From assembly GCA_951406725.2 (NCBI GenBank), contig OX597823.1, positions 4,526,001 through 4,590,000 of the forward strand: DNA of 64,000 nucleotides. Direction: 5' to 3'. Shown here piece after piece: positions 62,385 through 64,000 of this stretch. A program made the position numbers and the translations under genes. Origin of the DNA: Octopus vulgaris (lineage: Eukaryota). Below the pieces are notes generated by a model. The model ran no database searches. It was not told the DNA's origin and saw only the letters and a program-made list of their open reading frames with translations. Position 1 is the stretch's first letter. The number at the start of each line of letters is the position of its first letter.

Positions 62385-62540
62385 TTTACAAAAAAAAAAA
62401 GACAAAGACAGGTGTGTAAACAACAAACAAATGTATTAGTTTAATGCTCGGGAAATGAGAAAGTCTTTTATGTTTCGAGCCTATGCTCTTCAACAGAAAG
62501 GAACACAGAAATAAACAGGGAGAGAAAATAGAAAAAGGTT
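62385..62540 (-). mobile_element. Penelope-like pseudo-LTR remnant with a minimal hammerhead-like motif
   Basis: Minus strand CUUU CUGUUGA AGAGC-AUAG-GCUC GAAACAUA AAAG at 62465-62500; a related, more degenerate copy lies at ~2690-2820 (+). Confidence 0.6.
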
Positions 62541-63769
62541 TATTTATATATTTATATATATATATATATATATATATAATAGTAATAATATACAGGTACT
62601 TGGACAAAAAAGTCAAGTCCTCAACTATTGTATTTCATTTTGTCCTTTTGAATTCAAAGTTTATCAGTCTCAACTTGCCTCACTTTAATAATAATGAAAT
62701 TATTGTATACAGTGCTCAGGTGCACCACAACCTGTCAAAAGTGCGTATAAACCCTTTCCTCAGGGTCAGTCAAAATAACAACCAGCAGTATTATACATTT
62801 GCTTATTCAGTTGAATTTTACTCTTTCCTTTTTTGACAACTGATCATGAAAAAGTTAAGATTTTATTATAGAAATATTGTTCTGCTTTTAAATTTGGCCA
62901 AAGCAAATTATACTTACATCCCATTAAAACATTTTATTGCATGGAGAAGAAGTTTGCTTTCCAGCCGTGTGGTTATCTTGGCCAAATGTAACATGACTCC
63001 AAATCAACGAAAGCCTTTTAGTGAATTTGGTAAACAGAAACTAAACAGAAGCTTGTCATGCGTTTCTATACATGTGTGAATGTTTTTGTCTCTTTGTCTT
63101 CACATCACACAATAGTTATATACATGGACGTAACTGAATCCCTTGTTTCCAGCCCAGCCAAGGTGAAATATCTTGCTTGGAAACAGGTGAATGTTGGTGA
63201 CGGGGAAGGAATCTGTAAAAAATCTGCCCTCAACAAATTTTCTCTGATTCATGTGAATATGGTAAAGTGGATGTTAAACAAAGGAGGTGTACACCTTTTA
63301 AAAACGAACAGATCAGTTCCAAACCTTGGACTCTGCATTTGCTCTTTGACATTCTGATTTTTTAAAAAACCCCAAATAAATAGCCGTCTGTTTTAGCAAA
63401 GCTGAACTATTGTTTTCTTAAATCAAAACAGAGTTTATTATTTATTCAGTTCATTCAAATATGCATTCATCATGGCTTTTATGCCTTTACAATGGACCAC
63501 TTACTCTGTTGGACATAAATTTCAACACTGCTAAAGTGATGTCAGTACAAAGGTAGGCAGATGCATACATAGATATGCAGGGTGGACTTTCATATAGAAG
63601 CCATCTGTCAAATTCAACTCATGGCATTGAACAGGTCTTGGTCAGTTTAGAAGATACTTGCTTGAGGTACCACAAAGTGGGATTGAACCTAAACTACTGG
63701 CTTCAAAGCAAACTCAATCACATTGATGCTTATGCTTTTTTATTGGTATATATAACTTCATTTATATTT

Positions 63770-64000
63770 CCGTGTGGCCCTGTTAAGAATACCCTGACGT
63801 GTCGGGTGATATGATATGCTTGAGAAGACCTGTTGAGTCAAGTAAAACCAATATCGTAGTTTTGATGCCAGTTCCTCCTGACTGGCTCCTGTGCCAGTGG
63901 CACGTAAAAAGCACCATCCAAACGTGGTCAATGACAGGTCTGCCTGACTGGTTCCCGTGCCAGTGGCACATAAAAAAAGCACCATCAGAATGTGGTCGAT
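63770..64000 (+). mobile_element. RTE LINE 3' UTR fragment (runs off the right edge)
   Basis: gcttgagaagacctgttgagtcaagt followed by gtggcacgtaaaaagcaccat repeats. Confidence 0.8.

Overview
AT-rich, microsatellite- and SINE-laden eukaryotic genomic DNA. The repeat families and overall style suggest a cephalopod, probably Octopus; this is inference, not proven. Three spliced host genes can be rebuilt by hand. (1) USP14/Ubp6 coding exons 1-7 lie on the minus strand (22150->1315; the gene continues left of the window). (2) A complete 5-exon mago nashi/MAGOH gene lies on the plus strand (25714-37556, 148 aa), head-to-head with USP14. (3) The last three coding exons of a kinesin-13 (KIF2A-like) gene lie on the minus strand (62094->57355). 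Introns and intergenic space hold decayed mariner, Tc1, piggyBac, RTE and CR1-type elements, SINEs and MITEs. The main novel candidate is in mago intron 3. A young 5'-truncated LINE with an unbroken RT frame is joined directly to a highly structured 356-nt unit with exact 43-nt terminal redundancy. That unit carries a type I hammerhead ribozyme motif on the minus strand, i.e. a retrozyme-like or circular-RNA-derived insert. Other highlights are a ~6-kb, ~115-copy 52-bp satellite visibly born from the 66-bp internal repeat of an RTE LINE 3' UTR, a two-template insertion scar in USP14 intron 2, and a ~326-bp hairpin 25 bp from a USP14 splice donor. The very long ORFs at 40-46 kb are artefacts of the satellite.
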